64,000 nt of DNA, from positions 17,966,795 through 18,030,794 of the forward strand of contig NC_092670.1 in NCBI RefSeq assembly GCF_964355755.1. Direction: 5' to 3'. Both the position numbers and the translations under genes were made by a program. Below, in pieces: positions 14,651-28,680 of the stretch. The notes below the pieces were generated by a model. It made no database searches. It was not told the origin of the DNA and was given only the letters and a program-made list of their open reading frames with translations. The stretch is from Antedon mediterranea (taxonomy: Eukaryota > Animalia > Echinodermata). The number at the start of each line of letters is the position of its first letter. The stretch's first letter is position 1.

Positions 14651-17600
14651 ATGTATAACTACGGATCGCATTCGTACGATTACAGTGGAGGCGGTGGTTA
14701 CAATCGTAACTCGTTCGTTGAGACTGTCGGTAACTTTATTTCAAGAACGAAGAAGAACATGTCAAAAGGTAAGACATAGATTATGTGATAGTTTTTGCAA
14801 TATTTATGCATTATTACAATTTTTCTACAACGTTTCTGCAACAGAGGTAAGTGGCATTTCCAGGATAGGAAGTGCCAGAATCGAGGTACTGATTATTCGA
14901 GAGAGACCAGAGTAGTTTATCTGGATTGGATATCTTAGGGTGTAGATCAGGATAACAAATAAAATAGTGTATTATGTCTACGGAAGTTAATAAAAGCGCA
15001 AAGAAAGCCACCAAAAAGAGGACCGGCCGTCCACCCCTGGAACCACGAATAATCACAACTTGTGGCTATTAAACTTGACGGCATAAACTCTAACCACCCT
15101 AGAATAATTTAGCTCTAACTTAATTACTGTTTTAAGCATAAGTTCTCTATTATCAACAAACTAAAATTGATGACTAATGAAGTGCTTGAGTGTAAACATA
15201 GAGTCGTTGCGACAGGCGGAAATATCTTAAACGGAACGTTTTGAAACGCATGCAACAAATCGCTGGCAATAAATTAAATAATTTTTTTCGGACTGTTTTC
15301 ATTTCTGATTAACAGAAGAAAGACTCGTTCAATAACAATTAACAAACGATGATAAGATATTCTATAATATTTTTCAAACTTTACTGAATGAATTCGGTCT
15401 TTCTGCCTGAATACGCTGTGTTTCCGGGTTAGTTGTTGTTTTTATTTATTCAAAAACATATGTAGACAGGATAAAAACATATTAAGCCCTAGGTATAGAT
15501 GTTGCACCTGTTTTACATGGTCCTGTTTTTTTAGAGCAATATATTAAAAACATTCATAAAAGACATTAAAAAACTTACAAACAAACTTTAAAATCAAAAT
15601 ACAAAGACAGACAAAATGTAGGCCTACAATGTTTTAAAAGGAGTGAAAAATTCATGGGAATGAATTGTTCTGAACATGTTTACAAATAATTATATTAATA
15701 AAATAGTCTAAAAAGAGAAAAATTTTAAAATTCGGTTGTCAATTAAACAAATACCTGTACATGATATAGAAAATAGCAAATGTTTCCAATAAAGATTGGT
15801 TAAAATGCAGACAGTGATGGAAAGATAAATAGGCCTATAGGCTATACTGAATTCTTAGCTATTCAATTTCACAATAATACAATAATCCATAGAAATTATG
15901 ATTTGTGAATAAAAATAGTTGTGTTTCATCCCCTCTTAAAGTACCGAAATCACGTGAACCAATTACGTCATATTCATACAATTTTCGTAATAAATAATAT
16001 TTTTAATTCAATTATAACTCTTTAAAAAACGGAAACGGTAATCCGATATTAAAGAAAGAGATATTTACTGCATGAACAGGGAACAGTGTAATTAATATAA
16101 TTTGAATATATAAATGAATGAAAATAAATATTTAAAATGAACTGAACTTAAAGAATAGCTACTTTGGCATCTTTCCTACTATTTTATAATTGCCAACAAA
16201 GCATAACACTTTGTATATAGTATATGTTGATATTTAAAAGATATCTGTGTTATAGACCAATACTTCGGACGTAAGATTTTGCCATTGCAGTATGGAATAT
16301 CACACTGCACATTTACTAAACCTATTAAGTAATCTTACAAGTATTGGTCTGTCTGAGAAGTCCATAGGGATGGACGTTCACTGAATACATTATTCCTGTC
16401 ACACGAACTTATCGAACACATTTTAATAAATGATTTCCCATCAAATTGACTATTACATTCAATCAGAGTATTAATCACTTTGTTTTGGTGTATGAATTTC
16501 CTAGAAACGTATAGCATTGCTCTTTAATAAAAAAAAAAAGAGTTCGATACACTTTTTATACCTAAAACAAAAGAATTTTTAAAAGTTATCATCTTACAAC
16601 TATAGGATTATCATCTATGCTGCCTTTGATGAAAATAGTATTTCCTCACGTCCAATCAAATGAAGTCATGATTAGTAAGAGCAATAATACAACAATTTTA
16701 TTGCTTTTATTGATCATAACGTTGATTGGATTTTAAAAATATTATTTTTATCAAATACAGCATACACGATTATCCTATAGTTCTAGAAGGAAAACAGTTA
16801 ATTTATCGTCGATCGTTATCGCCCTAGTGTAAATGGGACTTAAGAATGTTTGATAGATAGGCCTATTAGTTTAATTCTAAAAACGATAGAGCATGTTTTC
16901 CACTAGCCGCATTTATTCCCGCGAATAAGTGATATCTAAAGCTGGTTTTACACGTTGCATAGCGTTTACTAATTTGCATGCCTATTCACATTTCAAACTA
17001 CGACCGTATCAATGACGCGAAAATTGTGCAACCAATCAGAACTAATGAATGTTCGCGCAAATATATTCGTCTTATAGTTACTAATTGTGATGCGCAAACA
17101 ATGTGCAACAATCAAATAAATTAATTTTAACTATAAGCGTGGTATATTGTTCATCAGGACCTAATAATATTCACAATACAATTGGAAATCGTATAACCAA
17201 TCTTTAAGAGAGATATCACTCGGAGACCGAGGAACGCCTTGATAATTTAACGGGAGGTGTTTTCTGGTGTTGATTCCCTTGAATGCATTAGTAAGCGCCG
17301 CGATCATGTCACCTACGTCGACCGGTAGCTTCAGGCTTTTAGGCAGATTTCTAGTCGCCATATTGCAGAAGGAATTATAAATTTGAATATCTTATAATTA
17401 TAAAACAAATAAATATATTAATAAACTACAGAACAACTTCAGGTATAGTTCGGTAAACTGCAAACTGTCAATATTAAGTACTCTAAACATATAACATACG
17501 ATCAACAATACAATTCACATGAATATATGTAAAAACATATAAAAATTGTTTCGAAATATCGGAATACTCAACAATCACAATCTGTGACACAGCAATTATT

Positions 17601-20600
17601 ATTTCTTATAATTTTAATATAAAATAAACCTCTTTCTTTCTTTCTCTGCACCATATTGATTCAGGGCTTCCGCTTGTAGGTCCCAAGATGAACTCGACTC
17701 GTTGACTTTCCAATCTTGCCCAACCCTATCCAATCCTCTCCGTGACGCCAATTGTTATGGTTCGGGGAATTGCCGACATCGATTTAGCGTATTTCTGCCT
17801 TCAGCAGCCAGGTCATAAGGCTGAACCCATGGATGGAAATGAGTCGGGACAACACAAAGGACTTTAGGCCTATACCCAGTACTTAATTCTTTCTCGTATT
17901 TTAATCACGAACGAACCGCATAACCATTCAAACAACAGTACAAGAAGTCAACGTAAGCATGCAAAACGTTATCAAAACGGAACGGAAACAGAAGCCCTGC
18001 AAATATAATAAGGTATTGATACCAGATTCTCACACAAGAGATGAAAACATTATACTAGTAAATGACATCGTATACATATTTTAACTGTGTAAAATATTCA
18101 GAAAACCGTTATTGAACTGAAAAAAATACACTGTCAACCATATTAAACTACGAGGACAGAAATGTCACAAACCAACAGCCAGACCAACACGGAGAGGAAT
18201 ATTAGTAATACAAACCAACAAACAAACCAACCCACTGGGCCATGACAATAAATAAGTTAATGATTAAATTCGCGCGAATAAAAACCGGCATATCTAAAAA
18301 AACTACTCGAATTGAGGCTAACAGGTAAATGGTTAGATTTCTCCAAGAAAGATAAACCTATAGATGGATCATTTCTGTACGGTTTCAGATCATATAGACA
18401 CGCAACCAATTGATACCTGGGCATTAATTAGATCCGCTTGTCCTATTAACCAATCGTTGGTTTAAATCCTAATTACGACATTCGAAACATCTGCGTACTT
18501 CTGCAATTAGTAGACATAATTAATTTCTATCATAATCATGTAATTGTCACTTGTACATTCTCGATGAGCTACAGTCTCAAGAATTTTTTCTTATTTTATT
18601 TTGCATCTCTACTGAAATCCAGCCAGTAATTTGCCTTTGGATTTATATATTTATTTATACATTTGCACTGAGTGTACCGGTATTATAGTTATTAATCCAT
18701 CAGACCATGTTGGCAAAGATTAATGTCTGAACGAAGCCTTAGTAGAAATAAAGCTTATCCTCAGCAAGAAAATTATGACCCTGACACTGACCTGGTTATT
18801 TTACTTATTTCCTTGAAAATTAATAATTAGTAGTCATAACGTTATTTTAAATTGTTTGCATATCGATTAAAAGTTTCGTACTCCAATAATCTTCACCTCC
18901 TTCTGTCGAAATTATTGCAGATCAAAACAGTCATAAAGCGATGATGAAATGATGACGATGATGATGATGATGATAAAGCGGTAAAGGCCAACTAAGACAG
19001 CGTCTTAAAGTTCTCGCGACGACCAAAAAACTATCGTCCCGTCGGGATTCAACTCAGACAGCACCGACGAGTCAAGACTATATTATAAGTGTTAACAAGA
19101 TTATTAATTATTATTATTATTATTGGAGGAGGGTGAATAACGTACCAAAACATACGATATAGAATTATCTGAAATCAAGGTTGGTTCTTTCTACGGTAAT
19201 TACGCTTGATCGTCTAAACTCTCGTTTGTGATTGGTAAAATAGTTTAAGTCCTTGCACTAGGTCATGTGCAACAAAGCTTAACTGATTATTACCAACACA
19301 ATTCAGTATAACTTTTTTAAATCATGATACAATTAAAAGAATTGGCGTTTTATTTGGTTTGGTGGGTTTGACAGAAGACCTTTTAAATTCAATTACATTG
19401 TTATATACAATATTGCAGGGATCTTACAAAGACAAGTTTATTTTCTGTAGTCGTAAGACCCTTTGAATAAAAATAAAAAAGAAAATTATGAGATAAAGTT
19501 TCATACAAGTTGAGGAAGAAAAAAGCATTTTTTTAAATAATAAAACGAACAATATAGGCCTATGTCACACGTGACATGACGAATACAAAGTTTATTTATT
19601 TATTTTATTTACCAGATTTCTATAGCGCCCTTTTCATGAAAACTCATGCTCAAAGGCGCTTCACATCATAAAGACAAACATCATAAGCAATAATTACAAA
19701 AGTAACCTCAAATTATTCGAAATAAGATTTCTTAAACTAAGTTATAAATATTCTTACTGTACATTAATTAAAATCGCATAAAATAGAAAAATAAAATGAA
19801 CGATATACAAAATAGGTCGGAATTTCTTAAACTACGATTACAAAAATACAATTTATTTACATATTAATTATTATTTAATTTATTTATTTTATTTATTTAT
19901 TTATTTTTTTTTTAATTTTAATTTAATTAAATTGATTAAAAATATTATTGCACAGTAATTGACCAAACAAATTGCAGTAGAAAAATACAAGATTACAAAA
20001 ATAGGCATCAATACTATATACTATATTCAAATTGAAATCAAGTTAACGAATTTGCACAAAGTCAATACCATTTTCACTAGAGATTTTGTACGCACTTGTG
20101 ACATTCCAGAGTGAGCCCCTCACCGTTGAATAATCCACCAAATTATACTATTAAAAGTGGACATAATACGTTAATATGGTTAGTAACAAGAAACGGATGT
20201 CGTCTCACATGAGTCAGGTGTTACAGACACAATCCTTTGAACAATAATGAATAAAATAAAAATCTTACCACACTGATAAAATCAAAATGTGTATTTATTA
20301 AATAAGTGTATTCGTTAAAAACTTTGGTAAAGTTTTTTTTTAATTATAAAGGTCATAAAATCAAATATCATTAACTTCGACAAATTAAAAAGAATTCGTT
20401 AAAATTCGTTTTCATATTTTGACAAAAACTGTAACAAAATCTGTAAACAAAACAACTACGTCTGGTTTAGGCCGAATAAAACGTCACATGGCGTCAACAT
20501 ATGCGTACGTCTCTCGTGCCATAGTAACGGAATCTTGTCTTGTTGTTAGGCCTAAATGACGTAGCCGGATTGCTTTAATTTTTAGGCGGTAGTGGTCACA

Positions 20601-23600
20601 CTCTTAATAAGGTTAGACAAAGATCGAGGCCATTTCAGATTACATAATGAGTAAAGGAACTACTTTTGAGAAGTTACCAGCGACGGCCTGTAGAATTCAC
20701 CACTAACAGATATTGAAGGACGCACACATTTTTTACACGAGTTAAAGCGCAATCTATAACTACGAGTAAACGCTTTACACCAGTTGCGGTTAAACATTAA
20801 ATTAAATTGTTAACCGGATGATTATATTCTATAGGCCCGTTGTAGTTACCAACCTACTACTTGATATTTTCCGATAGGACGGGTTCAACAACAACAACAA
20901 CCGGACGCCGTGTACAAAGACGCTTCGAGGCTGCTATATCCACCCATTAGGTATACTTTAATGGGATAACCGTCGTCCGGTAAAAACAGACACACATACA
21001 ATTTTGTTTTTTTCTCGAATTATCTGTTAATTCTTGAAACATGACAAGGATTTCGGACTGGTTTCGGGATAGTTTATATCGAACAAGAAATTATGGCGAT
21101 AAGTACCGTGAGTATATAATTAAATTCCTCCAAATTAACCGTTAAATGGCCTTTTTCCGGCCTATTGTAGTTGGTTTTTTTTTCAAATATAATGTAGCCT
21201 GGAACGAAAAAAAACCCCAAATAGTTGTATTACAATTTGCAAAATGTTTTGACGTTGGGCTATCAAAGTACACTTCCTTAAACGGTTTATAAACGTTTGT
21301 AAATGTGCTTAGAACCTTCAACCGTTTTACCTAATCAGTTTTAAATTGTTAGAAAGATCACTGTCTGTGTGTTAGGCTAAACTAAATTGACAGAAAAATA
21401 AGAGTTGTGTAGTATCATGACTCGTGTTTTCAGCCTGTTTTAGAAAGACTATTTTAAAACTTTGTCTACACTATCAAACTTTATGACAACAAAAATATGT
21501 GCCCATATATGGACATGATGATGTCATATCACTACCATATTTAAGCATATCATTACCATTTGGGCACATCACACTTTTTTTGTCAAACTATTTTGATAGT
21601 GAGACAGAGCTTAATGTTGGCTTCTGCGACGCGTCGCATAACAGTCTCGTCAACAATTGATCTTTTAAGGTAAGCCTATGTTAGTAAGGCATATTAAACG
21701 TGGTCGTTGCGACGCCTCCACAAATAATACGTAACCTATTTTGTTTATGTACACCTAAGATTATTCAAAAAGTAAAAAGAAACAAACGTACAGTAATTGG
21801 CTATTAAGTCACCCACAGATAAACAAAAATCTTGCTCTTCTCTTCAGAAGGCAACTTTTAACTTTCTTACTTTACAGTTTCTTTTCTTTTGAAACTTGTT
21901 CCAACCGTTTGTTTTTTACCAAAACGTGCACAATAGTAAGAATTAGTCATAAGTAAAGCCTTTTACTATTTGAAGGAAATCAGAAAATCATAGTGATTCC
22001 GATTTAACTTGTCCTATCGGCTAGGTCATCCGTTACTTGGTTTAGTGCATAGAGAAACAACGTGTATTTGTAATGGCATTCTATGCCGGCAGCAATGAAA
22101 ATAACACAAGAGAAAGATTGGTTCCTACTAGAGATGTAAACGCAATGCAAGTACGTAAACGCAACGCTTGCGAGTTGACCAATGACAAGCGACAGTTCAA
22201 ATATCCCATCGCTTTTGATTGGTAAATCACTTATGATTGGTTCCCATTAGAACGCAACGCAAGGACGTAAGCGCAACGCAAGTAAGTTGACCAATGGCAA
22301 TCGACAGTTCGAATAATTCATCGTTTGTGGTTGTTCAAATCCCTTACGTTGCGTTACGTCCTTGCGTTGCGTTTCTAGTGGGAACCAAGCATTACCGGTA
22401 TGTTGAGCTGACGTCCTTGCGTTGTATATCTAGGCCTATAGTGGGAAAACTCGTCTTGAAACATGTACTAGGTCCACACGACTATTAACTCTGATTCATA
22501 GTATATCTGTAATGTTTACATTTTTACATTAACTACACTATAGTACAGATACTTCATCTTTCAGCAGTAGTGACATCATATGTCACATAACAAGAACATT
22601 CTAAATATCTGATTCAGTATAATGACAAGCCGTGTGGTATAAGTACACACTTCATAAAGCACACTTTGTCGGCTGCAATATTTCAACACACTACATGAAA
22701 TAAATAAATAAATAGATAACCAAACTGTAGGCCTATTCTAAATCATTCTGAATTAGTTCAGTGCGTATGGTTTACTATTAGGAACGGTACCGGTACATAG
22801 TCGATCTTAATGTAACATCTATATACTATTTTGTTCAAAACGAACTAATAGTAATAGATGATTACCGGTTTGGTTCTAGGCAGCTGCAGTTTACCACTTG
22901 CTAATAATCAGACCACGTTAGATACAAATTCATGCCGATACACAACCAGGGTTTTGATTTATCAAATAATGCTTAGAAAAAAAAATCATCTTAACCCAAA
23001 ACAAATAATACTATTCATATCATGTACTTTAGTTTTGATTCTTCGAATATTGTATTATATTCGAAGTACAATATTGTATCCATTTTGTAAGATGAAAATC
23101 ACTGATTTGATAAATAAACGTCAGATTTTCATTTAAGCACTTCTTTAACTGTTTGACATAAGCAAACAGATTGATAAATTCCAGCTCAATTCTGTATAAA
23201 ATAAAACATTTTGTCTATTGGTTTACCACTGGCATCACGAAAAGTAGATGAAAATATGTATATACGCATGCGCATAAAACAACTTTTCGATTCGCGTGAA
23301 TAAATTACAAAACATCCCTTTCTGATAAAATGTCAAGGGAGAGGAATAATAGAAAGTGAATTATTATTAGTGTAATTTCTGGGATAGTTCTAGGGACTGT
23401 TTGTTGAAAATACTTTTCTTCCACTTTCGCATAATTATAATTATGTGTTGTCATCAAAGGTACTATTGATAAGCCTAATTGTATTACTCACTGTGTGTCT
23501 TCAATTCCATTTCAAAAATCATACATTTAGCTAAGACATTATTACATACAAGATTCGTAATTTAATAACAGAAATTAGTCACTGTTTATTTTTAGACCTC

Positions 23601-26600
23601 GTCTAGATATTCGGGAGTTTTTTTCTCCATATTTTTTTACCAGTAGTATTTATTTCGTTCTAAACATTAAATGTTTTCTGATGTCAACTCGTTTCGTCGT
23701 CTATGCGGAACCAAGTTTAATACGACATTCTAACTACGGTTGCCATACTATTAGAGTCCTCTATCTACGGTTGCCATACTATTAGAGTCCTCTATCTACA
23801 GTTGCCATACTATTATAGTTATCTATATACGGTTGTCATACTATTAGAGTCCTCTATCTAAGGTTGCCGTACTATTAGAGTCCTCTAACTACGGTTGCCG
23901 TACTATTAGAGTCCTCTATCTACGGTTGCCATACTATTAGAGTCCTCTATCTACGGTTGCCATACTATTAGAGTCATCTATACCGTTGCCATACTATTAG
24001 AGTTATCTATATACGGTTGCCGCACTCTAGAGTCCTCTAAATACGGTTGCCATACTATTAGAGTTCTCTATTTACGGTTGCCATACTATTAGAGTTGTCT
24101 ATCTACGGTTGCCGTACTATTAGAGTTCTCTATCTACGGTTGCCATACTATTAGAGTTCTCTCTTTATAATTCTGTACAATCTTGTTTCTTGTTTTCCTG
24201 TGTATTCAGATTTTGTAAATAAATGTTTATTGAATGAATGAATACGGTCCTCTAAGCTTTCACTCTTTTATCGTTTTCATCAACTTCCATGAATATTATA
24301 GTAAGTATAATTACTCCCATGAATATTATAGTAACTTATACTTCTAATAATAATTAACATTACGCTGCATTATTATCCCAAGACCTAATTCATTGACCCT
24401 ATCTCACCGTGTATTGATCAGTATCAATCACCCGAGAATTCTTATCATTAATAACATAAAGTTTTAATTTCAGTTTTGATTCCGGTGACCTTAATGTCTA
24501 GTGATATAAAAGAAGCTGGAAAAACTACAAGAGGTTACCGAAAAGTTACATAAAATTGAACACCGCGTAAATTGAACACCGCTTAAAATGAACACCGCGT
24601 AAATTGAACACCGCGTAAAATGAACACAGCGTAAATTGAACACCGCGTAAAATGAACACCGCGTAAAATGAACACCGCCTAAAATGAACACCGCGTAAAA
24701 TGAACACCACTTAAAATGAACACCGCGTAAATTGAACACCGCGTAAAATTAACACCGCGTAAAATGAACACCGTCTAAAATGAACACCGCGTAAAATGAA
24801 TAAAAATGTAGTTACGTAACAAGAGCAATCAGAGAGTTCCAACCTCCGCCAGGAGTAAAAAAGAGAAAAAGAATCAAAAATTGAGATAAATATCCGTCTT
24901 GTAGATTTAACGTAAGCACTAAATTTAGCAAAACAATAAAAAAGTGGTCCAGAATTGGGTCCTGGTCCGTGACAACATATCTGGTATACATTTGGTAAAG
25001 ACTCGTCTTTTATGTGGTTAATGAACAACAAACCACTGAGTAGAGCAGTGATTGAAATAGCTTTCACTGATTTTTAAATTGTAAGTAAAGCCGTGGTTTA
25101 AATAAAATGCTACAATTAAAACAATTATTGTTTGTAACCCACATGAAAATAGACAGGTCTTCTATATTGGTCTTGCCGTGTACACATACTAAATAATAAA
25201 ACCCAATTTGGACACAATTATTCGCCAGATCTACAATGACATTTTATTAAGTGTGACATTTACGTCTTATTTCTTGAATTGGACCGCGTTGAATAGACTG
25301 CATGTTCCTATAATTCAATCTTCCTCCCCTTCTTTACTATGCATCAATAATCTTTTTTTATTATCATATTCCCAGTGGGTACTCCAGATCAACGATTGGT
25401 TGTTTTAGCCTACGTGTATACATACACGTACACAAAGTCTGTCTTTTTATAAAGCCTGCAACAGTAACAGACAGTAATACAACGATAAGAATATATATAA
25501 TGTTAGGCTACCACTGTTTCTTTATGTGTTGGTTGAATATTTGAATATATAAAATACAATAAAATAACTTTGTAACTTATTTTTGTCTTTTTTAGCAGCT
25601 CACGACTTGATGCCTTCTTCACATTACGATGCCCGCAACACATCGCTCGAGCTGAGTTTAAGATTTCCACACGGATCTGCTCCTCATATAATAGAAGACC
25701 ACGGGTATGGCGGACACGGTCACGAGGAACATGACAATCCCGAGTGAGTATACATTATTCATTATTTTAGATATCTGAATTGCAGTGTGGCTGTAAAACG
25801 AGGCATCTAAGGTATCTGTCTTCTCTTCACAACGCAAGAAGTTGACCAATACACGTATTTGGGGATCCATCGCGTCGTGATTGGTCAAATTAATTTCAGC
25901 GCGCTTACGCCTTTGAGTTGCCTACAAGAAATGGAAATCTAGCTTTAAAACTATGTAACCAGACATCTGCGGACATCTGTGTTAACTAATATTTTTATCA
26001 TAAATGTTACGACATTTTTCTCATTTTACAGAGATGTTTGGTCAGCTCTCTCGTCACTCCATTGTCTAATAGTCGTAATACTTGCTGCCACACTCGATAT
26101 GGCCTACGTCTTCCTTAAATTCAACACAGACTACAAGCCGATAACTCTGGAACACGTTGAGGGATACTTCATCTTTCTTTATCTTGTTTCTTTAACTTGG
26201 CTTATCCTGGTTCCAATTGCCAAGAAGCCGCTTCCAGACACGGCTGATGAGGAACGATGGGATCTCCATGCCAGCAATAAATACGTAAATGGTAAGGTTA
26301 ACTCATACGTAAAGACGTAGACTAAATGGCAAGGTAAACTAAGTTCGTAAATAGTAAGAGAACTATGTACGTAAACCCGTCGATTTTAATATATCTAAAT
26401 ATGTAAACGACAATGGAATTAAATACGTACACACTAGATCAGGAAACTAAATACGTAAACACACGTAAATGGCAAGGGAACTAAATACGTTAAACGCTTA
26501 AATGCTAAAGGAACTAAATAGGGCTACACGTACGTAAATAGTAAAATGAAGGAATACGCAGAAACGTGACGTAAATGGTAGAGACCTAATATGTAAATAG

Positions 26601-28680
26601 ATAAGAGAACTAAATACATATACATTCTGCTAATTTTTATTCTGCAGTTGGCCTATTATTCTTCGGATGTGGCGGGTGCCTATGGGCCATTATGCGAACA
26701 GCTCTGTACGTGGAGACCGGAGAGCCTTGTTACAGCAATGCCATGGCCTTTGGATCTATCCTCAGTGTCACCTTCACAATGTTACAAATCTACTTCTTCT
26801 GGAGATTTTCATCTGTGTGCTTGGTGAGATGGACGCCTCTTTGCAGGTAAGAACACTAGGCTGAACGGAAAACCACACAACCACGCATCTGCCGGTTTTC
26901 AAAGTTAGTCTGCGCATAGCGCATGTTTAGAGTGCGCACAATGGCATTATTGGAAAGCTATCGATTTGTAATGACCGACCGAGGATCGACCGACGACCTT
27001 AACCCAACCTAGGTCAGATTCATCGCGTCTGGTTAAATGATTGCGTTGCGCGTACGTACTTAATTGCGTTGCGCCCAAGTGCAGCAAACAAAGCTTAATG
27101 TTGCAATGACTTGACACGATAATAAATATCGTTCGTTTTATCTTCACAGAATGGCACTTATGCACCTAGTAGCAACCAACCTTTCCATCTGGATTCGAAC
27201 ACTTATTGAAGAGACGTGGGAAGACTTTTTAATAAAGACGTTTAAATTCGATAGCTACGGCGGAGGATACAGCGAAAAGAAAAACACAGGTGACGCGGGA
27301 GCTGACTATGGAGCCGAGAAAGCTGGATATTTGTACGGCCGTGCTCCATATATGGGAGACAAAACAGACTTATTTTACGGATCGAGTAAGTCCAATTTGA
27401 ATATTAAATACTTTACTGAATACTAAATACTGTAGCCATTGCATTTTCCTAAATACAGTACAACCAACGCAAGGTCCAATCACGATGCGATGAATCATCC
27501 CAACTGTCGCTTGTGATTGGTCAACTCATTTGTGTTGTGCCTACGTCGTTGCATTGCTTCCGAATGTCTCGTGAATAGAGACAACCGTAGAGTTGAAACA
27601 TAGTGTCATTCGTTTCACCCTTATAAGAGTATATATTTTTACGAGTCGAAGCCAAGTGAAAATATAACCTTTCCAGCTTTCACCGAATGAAATTATTTGT
27701 ACTATAACACATATATAAAACTAGTGAAATATTTCATTACTTTAATCATATTCAATCATGTTTTTTGTTCAGGTTATAACTCGACGAATCAAACAACGGA
27801 GCTATACCAATGTGACAAGGGCGAAGGTTTAAGTAAAGCTGTTTACTACGCCTCCAAGTACCTATACTCATTCACAGTCGAGTACAGCATCATGGCTGCT
27901 GGTTTAGCGTACGTCATGTGGCAGAACATTAATCGACGCATTGAGCACAGTCACAACCACAACCACTCTGCACATACCAGTCACGACTACACGTTTAGCT
28001 TCGAGTGTGGTTTACTTCTCGGTGTCATCATGACAATGTGTGGTGTGATTATACTTATCTTAAACATCATCTATACCAAAGACCCGCTAAAGAAAGACAT
28101 GTCGTTTGAAACCTACCACGGGTATCGTATATTCCTCAACATTATATGCAGCATAGCGTGCGCGATGGCTTTTTATGGAATATATAAAGGTGGCTGGAAA
28201 TATGAACACGTTGAAGGGCCTATGCATCATTTCGACGTCAGTATGTTATTCTTGTGCGTTGCCGGTTCGTTTCTTCAGAGTCTGTTTACGTTCGTGGCTT
28301 CCATCGCGACTCTCGGAACGTACAAACACGCCGGGCTGTTACTGTTTGATGAATTGACCCATATGGGACAGACTGTCATTCAGATGTTGCTTATGTTGGC
28401 AGCTATGAGTCGAAAACCTCCTGAAGATTTCAAAGAAACGCGTACCAAGCAGATTCTGATGTTCTTGCTTGTCTGCAATGTTGCCTGGTGGATCTTATGC
28501 TCATACGAGTTAAAAGGTGGATACGACCTCTTTGCTATGGAAAATGATTACTACGGATCCAGTGCCTGGTATGTGGTGATCCATCTGGCCGCACCTCTGG
28601 AGATCCTCTTTCGCTTCCATTCGACCGCTTGCTTTTTCGAGATCTGGAGTTCTGGCAAACCAGTCGATTCCGATGCATAA
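14651..28680 (+). CDS. OTOP: Otopetrin-family proton channel (~622 aa using first exon 1a)
   Basis: Exons 14651-14768 (1a) or 21041-21107 (1b), then 25596/25599-25743, 26032-26291, 26648-26846, 27150-27385 and 27773-28680. All junctions are phase-compatible. Otopetrin motifs: LQIYFFW, MHLVATNLSIWIRTLIEE, YLYSFTVEYSIMAAG..YVMW, FLLVCNVAWW, PLEILFRFHSTAC. Core exons are high confidence; first-exon assignment is inferred. Confidence 0.92.
17100..17361 (-). mobile_element. Possible Ty3/Gypsy gag N-terminal relic in otopetrin intron 1
   Basis: PLNYQGVP...LKDWLYDFQLYCEYY then a stop/frameshift; resembles the gag P.F.G...W...FE.YC pattern. Confidence 0.35.
21041..21107 (+). CDS. Putative alternative first coding exon (1b) of the otopetrin gene
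   Basis: gaaacATG encodes MTRISDWFRDSLYRTRNYGDKY plus 1 nt, then a strong donor C|GTGAGT. Phase 1 matches the acceptor at 25596/25599. CpG-richer promoter-like sequence lies upstream. Confidence 0.55.
21458..21611. mobile_element. MITE family 1 copy
   Basis: Both TIRs present, TAA flanks. Confidence 0.8.
22116..22450. mobile_element. MITE family 2 (palindromic, GGTTCCCACTAGAACGCAACGC termini); one copy nested in another
   Basis: Inner complete copy at ~22235-22390 inside an older copy. Related copies or fragments at ~27460-27590, 43884, 44415-44550, 47040-47090, 51665-51840, 55760-56120 and 57490-57738. Confidence 0.8.
23733..24162. repeat. 31-bp minisatellite, ~14 copies
   Basis: Unit ctacggttgccatactattagagtcctctat. 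Confidence 0.95.
24553..24800. repeat. 16-17-bp minisatellite, ~15 copies
   Basis: Unit aaa(a/t)tgaacaccgcgt. Confidence 0.95.

Noticed and set aside
24491-25067. ORFs with RGVHF/RCSF repeats
   Set aside because: Translation of the 16-17-bp minisatellite in an otopetrin intron.
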